Positions 11,838 to 24,374 of a DNA stretch of 64,000 nt are shown piece after piece. How positions within the stretch are numbered: the stretch's first letter is position 1; each line of letters starts with the position of its first letter. Made by a program: the position numbers and the translations under genes. The stretch is taken from NCBI GenBank assembly GCA_038087875.1, contig CM075988.1, positions 14,324,001 through 14,388,000 on the forward strand, given 5' to 3'. The notes under the pieces were generated by a model. The model did no database searches, had not been told where the DNA came from, and saw only the letters and a program-made list of their open reading frames with translations. The DNA is from Malacoraja senta. Its lineage: Eukaryota.

Positions 11838-13175
11838 GTCTGCGGTAAAGAAGGCAAATGCAATGTTAGCATTCACTTTGAGGGGACTAGAATATACAAG
11901 TAAGGATGTAATGCTGAGACTTTATCGGTCGCTGGTGAGGCCATATTTTGAATATTATGAGCAGTATTGGGCCCCATATCTAGGGAAGAATTTGTTGGCT
12001 TTGGAGAGAGTCCAGAGAAGGTTTACAAGAATGATCTCAGGGGTGAATAGGTTAACGTCTGGGGAGCATTTGAAGGGTCTGGGTCTGTACTCAATGGGGT
12101 TTAGAAGTATGAAGGGGAATTTCATAGAAAGCTACCAGATAATGGAAGGCCTAGATAGAGTGGACGTGGAAAAGATGTTTCCAGTAATGGGAGAATCTGA
12201 GACCAAATGGCACAGCCTCCGAATAAAATGATGTACTTTCAAGATGGAAAGTTTAGCCAGAGAGTGGTGAATCTGAGGAATACATTGCCATAGATGGAGA
12301 CCAAGGAATTGGATACTTTTAAGGCACAGATTGATTGGTTCTTGAGTTTCAAAGGATATGGGGAGAAGGCAGGAGAATGGGATTGAGAAGGAAAAATGAA
12401 TAAGCCATCATGGCTGCCTAGCCAACGGTCTGTCTGTCTTTTCTTTCAGTTTTGATATTTTAAGTACAGTATGTGTTAAAAGTATGTTTTAGTGTTTCTT
12501 GGTTTTGTGTGGGGGATGGGGGTTTGGGGGAAACTTTTTCAATCTTTTACCTCGACGGAAAGTGACTTTTTCCATGTCGTATTTCCGTCCTCCATTGCGG
12601 TCTAACATCGTGGAGCGGCACGGCCTTTCCTGGAGAATGACCTGGCGCTTCAAACGCAGGCATGGCATGGACTTTCCATCATGGAGCTGCGATCCCCTTG
12701 CCGGGGATCGACTGTGGACAGCCCTGTGGACTTTAACATCTTGGAGCCCGGTTTAAATATCGCTGTCCCTGGTTAGAGTCCGAGTCGGGGGTCCAAGCTC
12801 TGGTGAGTTTCAACCGTCCCGATGAGGGAGTTCCATTACCCTGATGTGAGGGCCTCGGATCGCCGGCTGCGGGAGCTTTGATGGCCCCGACCGCGGAGAA
12901 GAGGGAGAGATTGGACTTTATTGCCTTCCATCACAGTGAGGAATGTGGGGTGCCGCTGTGGTGGATGTTTATGTTAAATTTTATTTTATGTGGTTGTGTG
13001 TCTTACTGCTTTTCACTTGGAGTGGCCGTATGGTACTCGAATTTCACTGTACCTTATGGTACATGTAACAATAAACCCATCTTGAATCTGGAATCTCTTG
13101 AATCTTGAATTAAATGGCGGAGTAGACTCAAAGAGCCGAATGACCTAATTCTGCACATATGTCTCATAATCTTAC
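11838..13175 (+). mobile_element. Older CR1 3' fragment interrupted by the 12410-13110 element
   Basis: AVKKANAMLAF...LYRSLVRP...RVQRRFTRMI; the 3' UTR resumes at 13110 (aatggcggagtagactc...ccgaatgacctaattctgc). Confidence 0.8.
12410..13110 (+). mobile_element. Non-coding retroelement with Rex1-like tail (SINE-like, unassigned)
   Basis: GC/CpG-rich body; 3' aatttcactgtacc...catgtaacaataaa plus (tcttgaa)n tail; splits a CR1 3' UTR. Confidence 0.55.
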
Positions 13176-14213
13176 AGTTCTAATTCCATATTTACAGCTA
13201 TTTCCATGATATTACTGGTACCCTCTATAATGATTACAAATATTTACTTCATAGATCTGGCATCTCCTAGTTACCCATTATTATTTTCCTAGATTCTCTT
13301 TCGTTGGAAATAGCATTCACTCTATTAATTCCTTTCTTTTTTAAATATCTGCAGAAACTTACTGTTTTTATATTTCTGGCTAGTTCTATCTCATAGTCTA
13401 TTTTTTTCTCCTTAATTATTAATCCTTTAGTCATTCCTTGCATTTAAAAAAAAATATTATCCAATCTTTTAAACTGCCAACTGTAACATGCACACTGTCA
13501 GAATTTCAAAAAAATACTTCACACCCTGTTAATTAATTTCTGAAGTTTAATCAAAAATGTTACTCAGGCAATAGCAACAGTGAATTTTTGCAGAGAGGAT
13601 TTCACCGTCTGTTTCTGAAATGAGTAGTTATGAGGTACAAACTTGTTCCTTTGTTATGCGCACCAAATGTTACACAAGGCAGTGATTTTATGATGTACTT
13701 CCAGAATATAGCATGAAGCCAAATCCTCAACCCGCCTTTTTTGGAGATATTGCTTGAATAATCAACATCCTGCTCTTCAAAATAAAAAGTAAGGCTCTCT
13801 TGAATTCGCTAAGTACCACTGTACAACATGTATCGTCAAAGATGACAACTCAGGCATCGGAGACTTCCTTCAAGTTGCTAAGATGTTTCACCTGAGCCCC
13901 CAGTATCCAATTATCAGAAGAAAGAAAATAGTTCAGCAATGGGATTGGTTCAGAAGCCCCACACTTGGGGGCAGCCATAAATCTGTAGTCACCAATTTTA
14001 ATTTGGATCAAGCAGAGATACGAATGGGCCACATTATTATAACATTTGAATGGGCCAAATTATAACCATTGTTGAGTTTGGCTATGGTTACCTTACTGGA
14101 TACTTTTTTGCTCTGCGGCACAGTTTCATGTCACTTTAAAGTTGAATGTTTCTAGCTCTAGTGTTTAAACTGCACATGGATGTTACATATTTTATTGCCT
14201 AATTTTCAACATT

Positions 14214-14972
14214 TATGGCCGATTAGGAAATGGGGAGATGCAGCGAGACCTGGGTGTCATGGTACACCAGTCATTGAAAGTAGGCATGCAGGTGCAGCAG
14301 GCAGTGAAGAAAGCGAATGGTATGTTGGCCTTCATAGCAAGAGGATTTGAGTATAGGAGCAGGGAGGTTCTACTGCAGTTGTACAGGGTCTTGGTGAGAC
14401 CACACCTGGAGTATTGCGTACAGTTTTGGTCTCCAAATCTGAGGAAGGACATTATAGCCATAGAGGGAGTGCAGAGAAGGTTCACCAGACTGATTCCTGG
14501 GATGTCAGGACTTTCATATGAAGAAAGACTGGATAGACTTGGCTTATACTCACTAGAATTTAGGAGATTGAGAGGGGATCTTATAGAAACGTACAAAATT
14601 CTTATAGGATTGGACAGGCTAGATGCAGGAAGATTGTTCCCGATGTTGGGGAAGTCCAGGACAAGGGGTCACAGCTTAAGGATAAGGGGGAAATCCTTTA
14701 AGACCGAGATGAGGAAAAACTTTTTCACACAGAGAGTGGTGAATCTCTGGAACTCTCTGCCACAGAGGGTAGTTGAGGCCAGTTCATTGGCTATATTTAA
14801 GAGGGAGTTAGATGTGGCCCTTGTGGCTAAAGGGATCAGGGGGTATGGAGAGAAGGCAGGTACGGGATACTGAGTTGGATGATCAGCCATGTTCATATTG
14901 AATGGCGGTGCAGACTCGAAGGGCCGAATGGCCTACTCCTGCACCTATTTTCTATGTATCTATGTATCTATG
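14214..14972 (+). mobile_element. Young 5'-truncated CR1
   Basis: Open 211-aa ORF2 C-terminus at 14238-14873; (tctatgta)n tail; near-identical to 52540-53300. Confidence 0.95.
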
Positions 14973-15175
14973 CCAAATCTGCATTTTCTGTGATGACACT
15001 GTGCATATATTCAACTTCTTTCTCATCAGTAATACCCACAGATTACAGTATTATTACTTTCAATCTAATGAGGAATCTGTTACGTCTAGTTCAAAAAACA
15101 GCATCATCTCTCAGTTCCTCAAAATCCTGGAGATAGACATGCTGGGACCTGAGCTTGGAATCCATAAGGACAAGA

Positions 15176-15312
15176 GACATTTGGACATATGGGTAAGAAT
15201 GTTTTAGAGGGAGATGGGTGAAACATGGTTTGGTAGGACTAGCTTAAATGGGACATCTTGGTTGGCATGTTCAAGTTGGGCCAAAAGGCCTGTTTCTGTG
15301 CTGTATGACTCT
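15176..15312 (+). mobile_element. CR1 (HER1-like) 3' tail fragment
   Basis: ttagagggagatggg...ggcctgtttctgtgctgtatgactcta. Confidence 0.7.
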
Positions 15313-15314
15313 AA

Positions 15315-15856
15315 AGGGGCTGTCCCACTGCGGCGACCTAATTGGCGAGTTTAGAAGAGTTTAGGAGAGTTTGAAAAAGTGTCATTTTGAAGACCTCCTT
15401 TGACTATGTAGAAGAACTCCTTCGACTATGTTGAAGACTAGCTTCGATTAGCTTCGGGAAAATTGGACACCGAATAGTGGAGAGTGAAGAAGACCTCCTT
15501 CGATCTCCTTCGACCTCCCTTCGACTATGTTGAAGACTACTTTTGATTACCTTCGACTACCCTCGATTACCTACGAATAACATGCCGACCTACTACGATC
15601 TACTTCGACTCAACCTACCAGTAAAAAAAATATCGATTTTTTACATTGCGACCTTTTTTTACTCGCGGGTATTTTTCAGCATGTTGAAAAATACGCCGTG
15701 ACCTAGCTGAGGCCCCGAGTATGCGGGGACTATTCTCGCGTATGAAGGAGAGTTACAAAGACCTCCTAGGACCTCGTGTCGACCATGCTGCAAGTATGAG
15801 TCGAGGGCAAACTCTTCTAAACTCGCCAATAAGGTCGACGCAGTGGGACAGCCCCT
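15315..15856. mobile_element. PIF/Harbinger-type MITE
   Basis: TIR AGGGGCTGTCCCACTGCG at both ends; TAA TSD at 15312-15314 and 15857-15859; internal cttcgac repeats. Confidence 0.88.
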
Positions 15857-16147
15857 TAAGTACAGCTGTGTTCATGTGGAAATATGAAGTATCAATGTTT
15901 ACACAGCTGGGTTCTTGAAGATTAAACTTTTTTCCATGTTGATACATAATGGTTATGTAAATGATTGGCAACAATATAACTTTTCTTGTCAAATCCTGCC
16001 CAATAATGCAAATCTGCATAAAAGGTGTTTAAGTCTTAGAAACGTTCCTTCTTCAGATTCAAAACCTTCACGTCCTGCTCCACAAACTCGTGCTCAAAAA
16101 TCTAGGTTATGTTGACACCTCAAGACCATGTAGAGAGAATGCTAAAG

Positions 16148-16850
16148 AGAGACACAAAATGCTGGAGTAACTCAATGTGTCAGACAGCATCTCTGGAGAA
16201 AACAAATAGATGACATTTTGGGAGGAACCCTTCTTCTGAATGATTGTAGTAGAATGGGTGGGGAAAGAAACTGGAAGCGAAGAGAAAAACAGGACAAATC
16301 GGGCCCAGCAACAGATGACCTCAGGCAAGGAGGTTTCCTGATAGGCTGACTGTTGACTATAGACGGGTGTGAGCCCAAGAGGATTTACATAGAAACAAAG
16401 TATGGAACTAGTAAACTACTTTTAGTGAAGGAAGGGGAAGAAAGAAGGGGGAGATGGGGGGGGGGGGGATATGAATACAAACTGGAAGAACGGCACCTCA
16501 TATTTTGCTTGAGTAGCTTAAAATCCAGCGGTATGAACATTGAAATCTCCAATTTTAGGCACAAATACCTCCCTCTTCCTTCTTCCCCCCCTTCCCTCTT
16601 CTACTCCCTTCCTCCACTAAAGGTAGTTAACTAGTTCCACAGTTTGCAACTATGTATTCCTCTTGGGCTCGCATCTGTCTTTTGCCAACAGAGAGTCTAT
16701 CAGGGAACCTCCTTGCCTGAGTTCATCTGTTTTGCCTCTTTGCTTCCAGTTTTATTCCCCACCCTCCCTACTACAATCAGTCTGAAGTAGGGTCCCGACC
16801 CGAAACGTCAGCTATCCTTTTTCCCCCACAGATGCTGCCCGACCTGCCCG
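16148..16850 (+). mobile_element. Penelope-like element with inverted 5' terminal repeat
   Basis: GIY-YIG C-terminal remnant YKLEERHLIFCLSSLKSSGMNIEISNF (about 16475-16558); 16150-16360 is an inverted copy of 16680-16850; core ctgaagtagggtcccgacccgaaacgtc at 16782-16809. Confidence 0.85.
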
Positions 16851-17488
16851 CCCAGCACTCTCTGCCTATCTATGGTGTTTCCTGGTTGTTACTCTGTTCT
16901 CAGGACCACTGCTGCTTTTATTCATCCCGCACCACTGCAAGAGCACGGCCGAGAAACTCTCTCAAAAGTTTGATCCTAATTCGAGCAGACAGGAGCATAC
17001 TTTCCCCCTGTTGCCTCCTGGCTTGTGCCTGAATGCGGGTTTCTCCATCAACAAGTGACTGTACACGTTCCATCTGGTGCTGCAGATTTTTGCTGAGCAT
17101 TTTTAACTCAAGGATTGAAATCAGCTGTTGCAATGTTGACAGAAGAGGATGCATTTCCTGAGTGTGGCGCATGTCTCAATAATGTTACAGTGGCAATTCT
17201 TTTCCATGCCAATCCAGTTTCCCATCTGGCAAAACCCCCGTCTCTCTGACTTAGTGCCACTGCAATTAGTGCCAATGTAATTATGTGACGTCACTTACAT
17301 GCACTGTTTACGATTTTAAAGAAGCATGCATATCTATCTTAGGTAGGTCTAACTTAGCCACTTCTCCTCTGAAAGCCTCAAACATGTTTAATATACAACC
17401 AATTATTCTGAAACAAAGCCAGTAGGCTAACAGTCAGTGGTCTAAATGCAATAGTTATTTTGTGTAAAGCTAACAAAAATAAGACAAT

Positions 17489-17658
17489 AGACACAAAATG
17501 CTGGAGTAACTCAGTGAGACAGGCAACATCTCTGGAGAGAAGGAATGGGTGAGGTTTCGGGTCGAGACCCTTCCTCAGGTCTCTCCAGAGATGCTGAGAT
17601 ACTCCAGCATTTTGCGTCTATCTTCGGCGAAACCAGCATCTGCAGTTCCTTCCTGCAC
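17489..17658. mobile_element. Palindromic Penelope-derived short element
   Basis: agacacaaaatgctggagta...tactccagcattttgcgtct arms; minus-strand core CTGAGGA-AGGGTCTCGACCC-GAAAC; tail ccagcatctgcagttcct. Confidence 0.85.
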
Positions 17659-17659
17659 A

Positions 17660-17912
17660 AACAGAAATAAGAATGCAGGTTTGGATGTTTGTTCTTGGGG
17701 TAATGGGCTTCCCGATCTTTGCAGAGGACAATGGGACTCTGGAAGACGCCTGTTTCGTACGCAGGGAACCATTTTAAAATTTCATTAGAGCATTCAATAC
17801 AGTGTATTCCCTCAACACCAGAACATCAACCTCAATTATGCACCCAAATCCTCGGGTGAAGCTTGAATCTGCAGTTGGCTGACTCTGAAACTAGAGAGGG
17901 ACCAACTGGGGA
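17660..17912 (-). mobile_element. Degraded Deu-domain SINE 5' part
   Basis: acagtgtattccctcaac...catcaacctcaattatgcacccaaatcc...gcttgaatc...ctgactctgaaac...accaactg resembles the reverse SacSINE1-like head. Confidence 0.45.
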
Positions 17913-18294
17913 AAACTGATTATGATGTTCTAGGGAAAGCCAGTTTTTCTGTCCACCTGTTTCATACAAGGGTGGATTTCCATTTGTTTAGTTTATAGTA
18001 CAGTTTACATAGGCATGCTTTGGTGATATCCCCCAAGGGGAAGTGCAGACATCTGCTGCTGCACTGAGTTGATTCTGGCATCCTTCCTACACCTGGCTAC
18101 CAGTTTTGATATTTAAATGCATGTCAGGGATCAATGCAATTTGGGATACTCTCCCAGTTTGCACTGAGCATTTATAAGGGATAGAAAAAACAACTAATTA
18201 CATTACAGTCAATAGAAATGCCCAATAGATCACTCATGTAGCCCTTTCTGGAAACCTGACACAAAATGACTAGGAATAAGAGAGAGTTACATTT

Positions 18295-18446
18295 AGCACT
18301 TAGGGCTAAGGGAATTAAGGGATATGGGGAAAAAGTCAGAATGGGGTACTGATTTTGGATGATCAGCTGTGATCATATTGAATGGCGGTGCTGGCTCGAA
18401 GGTCCGAATGGCCTACTCCTGCACCTATTTTCTATGTTTCTATGTT
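18295..18446 (+). mobile_element. CR1 3' UTR
   Basis: gatcatattgaatggcggtgctggctcgaaggtccgaatggcctactcctgcacctattttctatgtttctatg. Confidence 0.9.
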
Positions 18447-19059
18447 AATAGAATGCATCAGCACATATTTCTCTGCACAAAGTGCCCACCCATGAAGTAA
18501 TTGGCACTGACACCTCATGTATAATTCACCATTTGTTGTCTTGTCAGCAGTTGTGCACCAACATACATCATGACTTCCACAGCAAATGTTACCCACACCT
18601 CTGGGAGAAGCTGGAATCATTGAGGGCAAACTTAAGATCTTCACTCTACACTCATAAAACCTAAGAGTTTCCAAATGCAGCACTCATTAACCAAATATAC
18701 TGCACCATCGCCTGGCTATATTGGAAACATCATCTCCCAGCCTCAGTATTCAATAATCAGGACAATGCAATGTTCGAGATCATTGCAGTCCTGAGTCTAC
18801 GAGACTCCACAATCCAAGTCAAACATGAGCTGTTTGTTGCAATCAACTCTCCCTTGTTCAACCCCTTGTTGCAGGGGCTTGGGGGGCATTCCCAGCAGGG
18901 GAGATGGCCTGGGTAGACTATGGTATACGGGTGTGCAGATACACAGGGGAGTGTCATCTCCTTCCTCCCACATTTTCCCTCACCTACCTGACCACCTTTT
19001 CTGTCTTATAATTCTGACTGCCACAGAGACAGTCCCTTAAACGCTGTTTCGCTTCATAG

Positions 19060-19335
19060 CATTTGGCGCAGCAGTAACACAGCTGTTGGGAACTCTTCCA
19101 AGTTGTCTCCAGCTGTTCCTGTTACCTCTCACATCCCATGGGTGTGCAGGTTGATGAGTTAATTGGCAATGTAATTTGCCCTTAGTGTGTGGACGAGTGG
19201 TCGGATTTAGAAGGGAGTTGATGGGAATATGGGAGGGATAAAATGGGTTGGGATAGGATGCGTGTAAATGGTTGCCAGATGGACAGTGTGGACAGTGTGC
19301 CAAAGGGCCTATTTCCATGCTGTAGTTGTCTATGA
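19060..19335 (+). mobile_element. Degraded V-SINE
   Basis: cacatcccatgggtgtgcaggttg...ttaattggc...ttgcccttagtgtg...gggcctatttccatgctgta. Confidence 0.6.
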
Positions 19336-19385
19336 TGCCAAATAACGTCATAGCGCTATGACACTATATAACATCATAGGCTCAT

Positions 19386-20275
19386 TTAGTTAAGTTTAGA
19401 GATACAATGCAGAAACACAGAGTCCGCATGACCAGCAATCCCGCACACTGACACACGCTAAGAACAAGTCAAGTCAACTTTATTTGTCACATACACATAC
19501 AAGATGTGCAGTGAAATGAAAGTGGCAATGCCTGCGGATTGTGCAAAAACAACTGAACAGAATAGAACATAATCAGTATTTACATGTTAGAGAAACAAAT
19601 TAAAAAAAGACACAACACCACAATAAATTAGTACAGTGAATTAGTTCCTGGTGAGATAAGAGTTTACAGTCCTGACGGCCTGTGGGAAGAAACTCCGTCT
19701 CATCCTCTCTGTTTTCACAGCATGACAGCGGAGGCGTTTGCCTGACCGTCGCAGCTGGAACAGTCCGTTGCTGGGGTGGTAGGGGTCCCCCATAATGTTG
19801 CTGGCTCTGGATCTGCCACTCCTGGTGTAGAGGCCCTGCAGGGGGGCGAGTGTAGTTCCCATAGTGCGTTCGGCCGAAGGTACTACTCTCTGCAGAGCCT
19901 TCCAGTCCTGGGCAGAGCTGTTCCCAAACCAGATTGTGATGTTGCCAGACAAGATGCTTTTTACAGCCCCAGAGTAGAAGCACTGAATGATCCTCAGAGA
20001 GACTCTGAATTTCCTCAATTGCCTGAGGTGGTAAAGGCGCTGCCTTGCCTTACTCACCAGTGCGGCATTGGTATAAATTTACATTTATACCAAGCCAATC
20101 AACCTATAAACCTGTCCAAATCTCAATGGAGTGTGGGTGGAAACGGAGAAAACCCATGGATCACGGAGAGAACGTACAAACTCCGTACAGACAATCACCC
20201 ATAGTCGGGATCGAACCCAGGTCACTGGCGACGTAAGCGCTCTAACTCTACCGCTCTACCGCTGCGCCACCGTGG
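19386..20275 (-). mobile_element. HE1-like V-SINE split by a Rex1 insertion
   Basis: Tail half at 19386-19465 and head half at 20070-20275 (gggatcgaaccc...ccgctgcgccaccgtg). Confidence 0.8.
19465..20066 (-). mobile_element. Rex1/Babar non-LTR retrotransposon 3' fragment
   Basis: ORF 19641-20057: KARQRLYHLRQLRKF...SILSGNITIWFGN...KALQRVV...HPSNGLFQL...SFFPQAVR; aataaa plus (gactt)n tail. Confidence 0.88.
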
Positions 20276-21637
20276 TTACTCTTCAAGACTGCGCTACTCC
20301 TATCATCCCACCGATCATACTGTTGAGGCAGAAAGCTCTGCACAAGGCATCTCACCCACAGGAGGCAAAATCTAAAGCCCCTTCCACAGCATGTGAAGTT
20401 GAAGGGTCATCGATGATCAAATAAATTGTGAAACTAAATTTGGTTGATCAAATCAATTAAAAGTCATATTCAACAAATAAATTCAAGTAGTCATCAATAT
20501 TAATTAAAATAATGTAAAAGAGAACAAATTATTTTTCTTTCCTAACAATTTTAATGCAGGTTGGTGTCGGTGGCTCCATTCAAATGATGGGCTGGTGACA
20601 ATTAACATGGAGTTGAGGGGCTAAAGATGAAATGTATTCAGCTCCTCAGCCCAGCAACTTGCGGAAACAGAGGAAATGAATGTTATGTGACTTGTGCCTC
20701 AGTGGTGAATCCAAGGGCAAACTGAGACAATAGATGCACTGCCTTCAATCTCCAGCATCTTCCATCTCACTTCAGTCTGGAGAAGAGTCCCCACCCAAAA
20801 CTCCATCATTTACAGTCTCTTGTTTCTCTGCTTTTAAAGCATCTTCTGATAGTTCATAGAATTAACTATATAATCTAGAATTAGCTAAAAAATCATTATT
20901 GCTCATAACAATAATGACTTTTGTTTTCATTTTCCTTTAAAGTGTTTCACAAACATAATTTGGAAGTGAATGTGGGAGTAGTGTACGATTATCTCAGCGG
21001 AAGACTTGTTTTAATTAACCTTTTGCTACCTTTTGATGTGAGCCAACTTCTCCTCACTGATAATATCTCTCCATCAGGAAAATCCCATCTCATGCACACA
21101 TAGGCTGTCGGACCATCTGTCAACAGGATTTATACTGTAGGATAGCACAGAGCAGGCAAACTGATCGCTTCCCTTCAGCTTATTCTACCGCCACGCCAAA
21201 TGTCTTCTGATGTGAATATCTCAACATTAAGTGATAGAATTACTTCGTCTAGCTGCATTTTATCAAGCAAACTTCACTGAGCAAGTACCAGGTACCCAAG
21301 CCACTGTTTACACCAAGCGACTGGCATACGTTCAATTTGAGCAGAAATTGAGGGGGACTGGCATATTGTGGACAGATGGTGCTCTGTATTGGTATGTTGT
21401 GTGGGCACAGGTTATAACGCAGCTTGTACGTATCTTTGCATGCAGAGAGTTTAGCGGTGCCAAGAGAGGACTGGAAAAGGGCAAAGTAACCAATGCAAAA
21501 CATCACAGCAACGAGTCCTGGTCCAGCCTCATAGTGTAGTATAGTCATGAATGAATGTCAGCCAGAAGCATCTAAACCGAGGTTAATGACTTAATCAACA
21601 TTTAAATGATTACTTTCCTCTTAAATTCATCAGTAAT

Positions 21638-22080
21638 TGAAGGGCTGGGCTATCGGGAGAGGTTGGGCATGTTAGGAATGTATTCCTTGGAGTGCAAGAG
21701 GCTGAGGGGTGATCTCATGGAGGTGCATACAATAATGAGGGGAATGGATTGCGTGAATACATAGTCTTTTACCCAGGGTAGGGAAAACAAAAACAAGAGC
21801 ACATATGTTTAAGGTGAGAATGGCATGATTTTATAACAAACCCGAGGGGTAACTTTTTAACTCAGATGGTGGTAGGTATATGGAACAAGTGGCCAGAAGA
21901 GGTAGTTGAGGCAGTACTATAACACCATGTAAAAGACACTTGCCCAGGTCCACGGATAGGAAAGGTTTAGAGGAATATCGGCGAAACGCGGGCATATGGG
22001 ACTAGCTTAGATGCGGCATCTTGGTTGGCAGGGACAAGTTAGGCCAAGGGGCCTGTTTGCTATGCTGTATGACTCCATAA
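21638..22080 (+). mobile_element. CR1 (HER1-like) 3' fragment
   Basis: gagaggttggg...gaggctgaggggtgatct...ctgtatgactccat. Confidence 0.85.
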
Positions 22081-22538
22081 CTGGCAAACCCAAGTGTTAT
22101 TTATCTTAACTAATAATTCTACACAAATGTACACAATGTATAGCAGCTGCCATTCATAATTGTTTACCATGCATATTCAATTACACACCTATGTATTATT
22201 AGTCAATCACAGCCAGACACTGTCCATGAAGCCTGCTGATGAAAGGATATTCAAAATTTTGTAACCACTTAAAAATGTTACAGGAATCTGAGGCAAATAT
22301 GTTCATTGTCATGAATTCAACTCCCTAGTGATAAAAAAAATACAGTGAATTCAGCGATTATGTGGCTATTCCTCATATCTCAAAAGATCAGAGTAAATCC
22401 ATTGTTAAACTATCTCTGACTGATTTACATTGGAAAATAAAACAATGTACATGATACTACTCAAGGGATGGGTTGCAAGTATTTGATTATCTATTTGGTC
22501 ATGTTGGTTGACAACCATATATGCTGGTAGAATGTTAA

Positions 22539-22806
22539 TGGGCCTGTCCCACTTGGGCTTCATTTGCGCGTCACGCAGATGGCGCGCAAAGATTTTGTAC
22601 ATCCCAAAATCCTGGGGCACCGCGCGCAACCGCGCGTCACTGCCTACGTCACCACGCACCAAGCGCGCGTAATGTGCACCATGCGCGCATCACGTGCGCT
22701 TCATGACGCACGTGTCGTGCGCTTCATGACACACGCGTCGTGCGTCATGACTCATAAATGATGTCGCGTAAATGACACGCAAATGACGCCAAGTGGGACA
22801 GGCCCT
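22539..22806. mobile_element. PIF/Harbinger-type MITE, CpG-rich
   Basis: TIR GGGCCTGTCCCACTTGG at both ends; flanks TAA and TTA; internal cgcgtca/tgacgcg motifs. Confidence 0.85.
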
Positions 22807-23417
22807 TTACCGTTTAGTGACTTCTATGTATGTCTGTTTCCAATATTAATTAAACTCTGCAGATGATTCTGCTGCGCACAGGCCGTTATTGCTTGGCATT
22901 TATCTACAAGAAGGTACAACAACAGCTTAACAGAATTAGCCTGAAGTTTTCCAGTCAGCATTTGTTGTCAACCTCCAAGGAAGCCAGCCAAAAAGAAAAA
23001 GTGATTTCTTTCATATGGAAGTTCTCCTTTCTAATTAAACATGCTATTTAGGGAATCTCTGCTCCAAGCTTCAGCAAGGTCATCATCCAGGCTGTGCAGC
23101 CAACCGGATTAGAGGATTCTCACAGGGTTTTAATACTTAACTGGAAGCAAAACAAAATAATGTGTCATATACATGGAATTAAAAGAGAGATATCATAATT
23201 ACACTCAAAAAGTTAAATGAGTAAGTTTTTTTTTAATGTGACCCTGTGGAAATGGCAAGCCAGAGATTTTCAGATCCAGTCTACTGTTAAAATGTAACTG
23301 CATCTCACTTAACAAGGCTAAATCTTTGTATGGTCCTTACTATTTGCTTAGGAGTCAACACATTGGCATGGATCAGGTGACTTTTACCCATGTATCTAAG
23401 TAGAGGCTCAGGAGCAC

Positions 23418-23742
23418 AGTGCAGCACAATGGTGCAGCTGGTAGAGCTGCTGCCTCATAGTGCCAGAGGCTCAGGCTCAATCCTGACATATGTTGAATGT
23501 GTGGAGAATGAATGTTCTCCTTGTGACTGTGTGGGTTTGCCTTGGTTTCTCCAGTTTCCTCCCATATCTCAGACATGTGGTTTTGATAGGTTAATTGGCC
23601 ACTATAAGTGGCCCCTTCTGTGCAGGTGTGCTATTGAATGTGGGGGAAGTTAATGGGAATGTGAAGGGTGTAAATGAGTGGTTGATGGTTGGCGTGATGA
23701 GTTGAAGGACTTGTATCCGTGCTGTCTATTTTTATGGTTCCA
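23418..23742 (+). mobile_element. Diverged V-SINE
   Basis: ggtgcagctggtagagctgctgcctcatagtgccagag head and V-domain. Confidence 0.75.
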
Positions 23743-24374
23743 CGACACAGGCTGGATTCCAGCATTTAACTCCAGTCAACTCCAGCTTAGGCTGGGAAAC
23801 CTTCCCACCTGCCCATGCCTGGTTAGCCCTGGTACACATTCTGTAGCCCATTTAAATCAATGGGAAAACAGCTGTCTGCAGAACAGTAATGAGCAGTGAA
23901 TTCCCTTTGGATTTGCTTTGAAAAACTAGCATTTTTTTTGTTTTCACAAAAAGAAACTTAAAATGTTTTAATATTTGTTTATATTGCCCGAGTGGTTTAG
24001 GACGGTTTGTGAATGTCAAATAAACTAAAAAAACATATATTTTAAACAACGAGTTGGTATTCTGTGCTCCCGGGTTAGAGCTGGGCCTCTGATCATCTGC
24101 AAGCCAGACTTCCAGTGGGAATGGGTGCTGGATGCTTGCTGCTAGAAAAAGAACACCACTGGGGCAACAGGCCAGCAAGTGCAAACATCTCACTGATCAA
24201 TAGAAGAAGCTTCTCAAGGCCATATCAGTAAGAACAGTGAACATGCACCTGAGGTTCATGCCAAGCCAGTGAGTTTGGATTAATTGCATTTGAAAAGCAA
24301 CCACATGGCCTATGAAGGAAAAAAGGCACCATTGGCAGTAACATGAGGATTTGCACATTACGCTGAACATTACA

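Noticed and set aside
16918..17172. 84-aa helical-looking ORF on the minus strand
   Set aside because: No recognisable family and no convincing splice signals. A BLASTX or RNA-seq hit would reopen it.
21231..21548. Overlapping ORFs of about 100 aa on both strands
   Set aside because: No recognisable motifs; consistent with chance ORFs.
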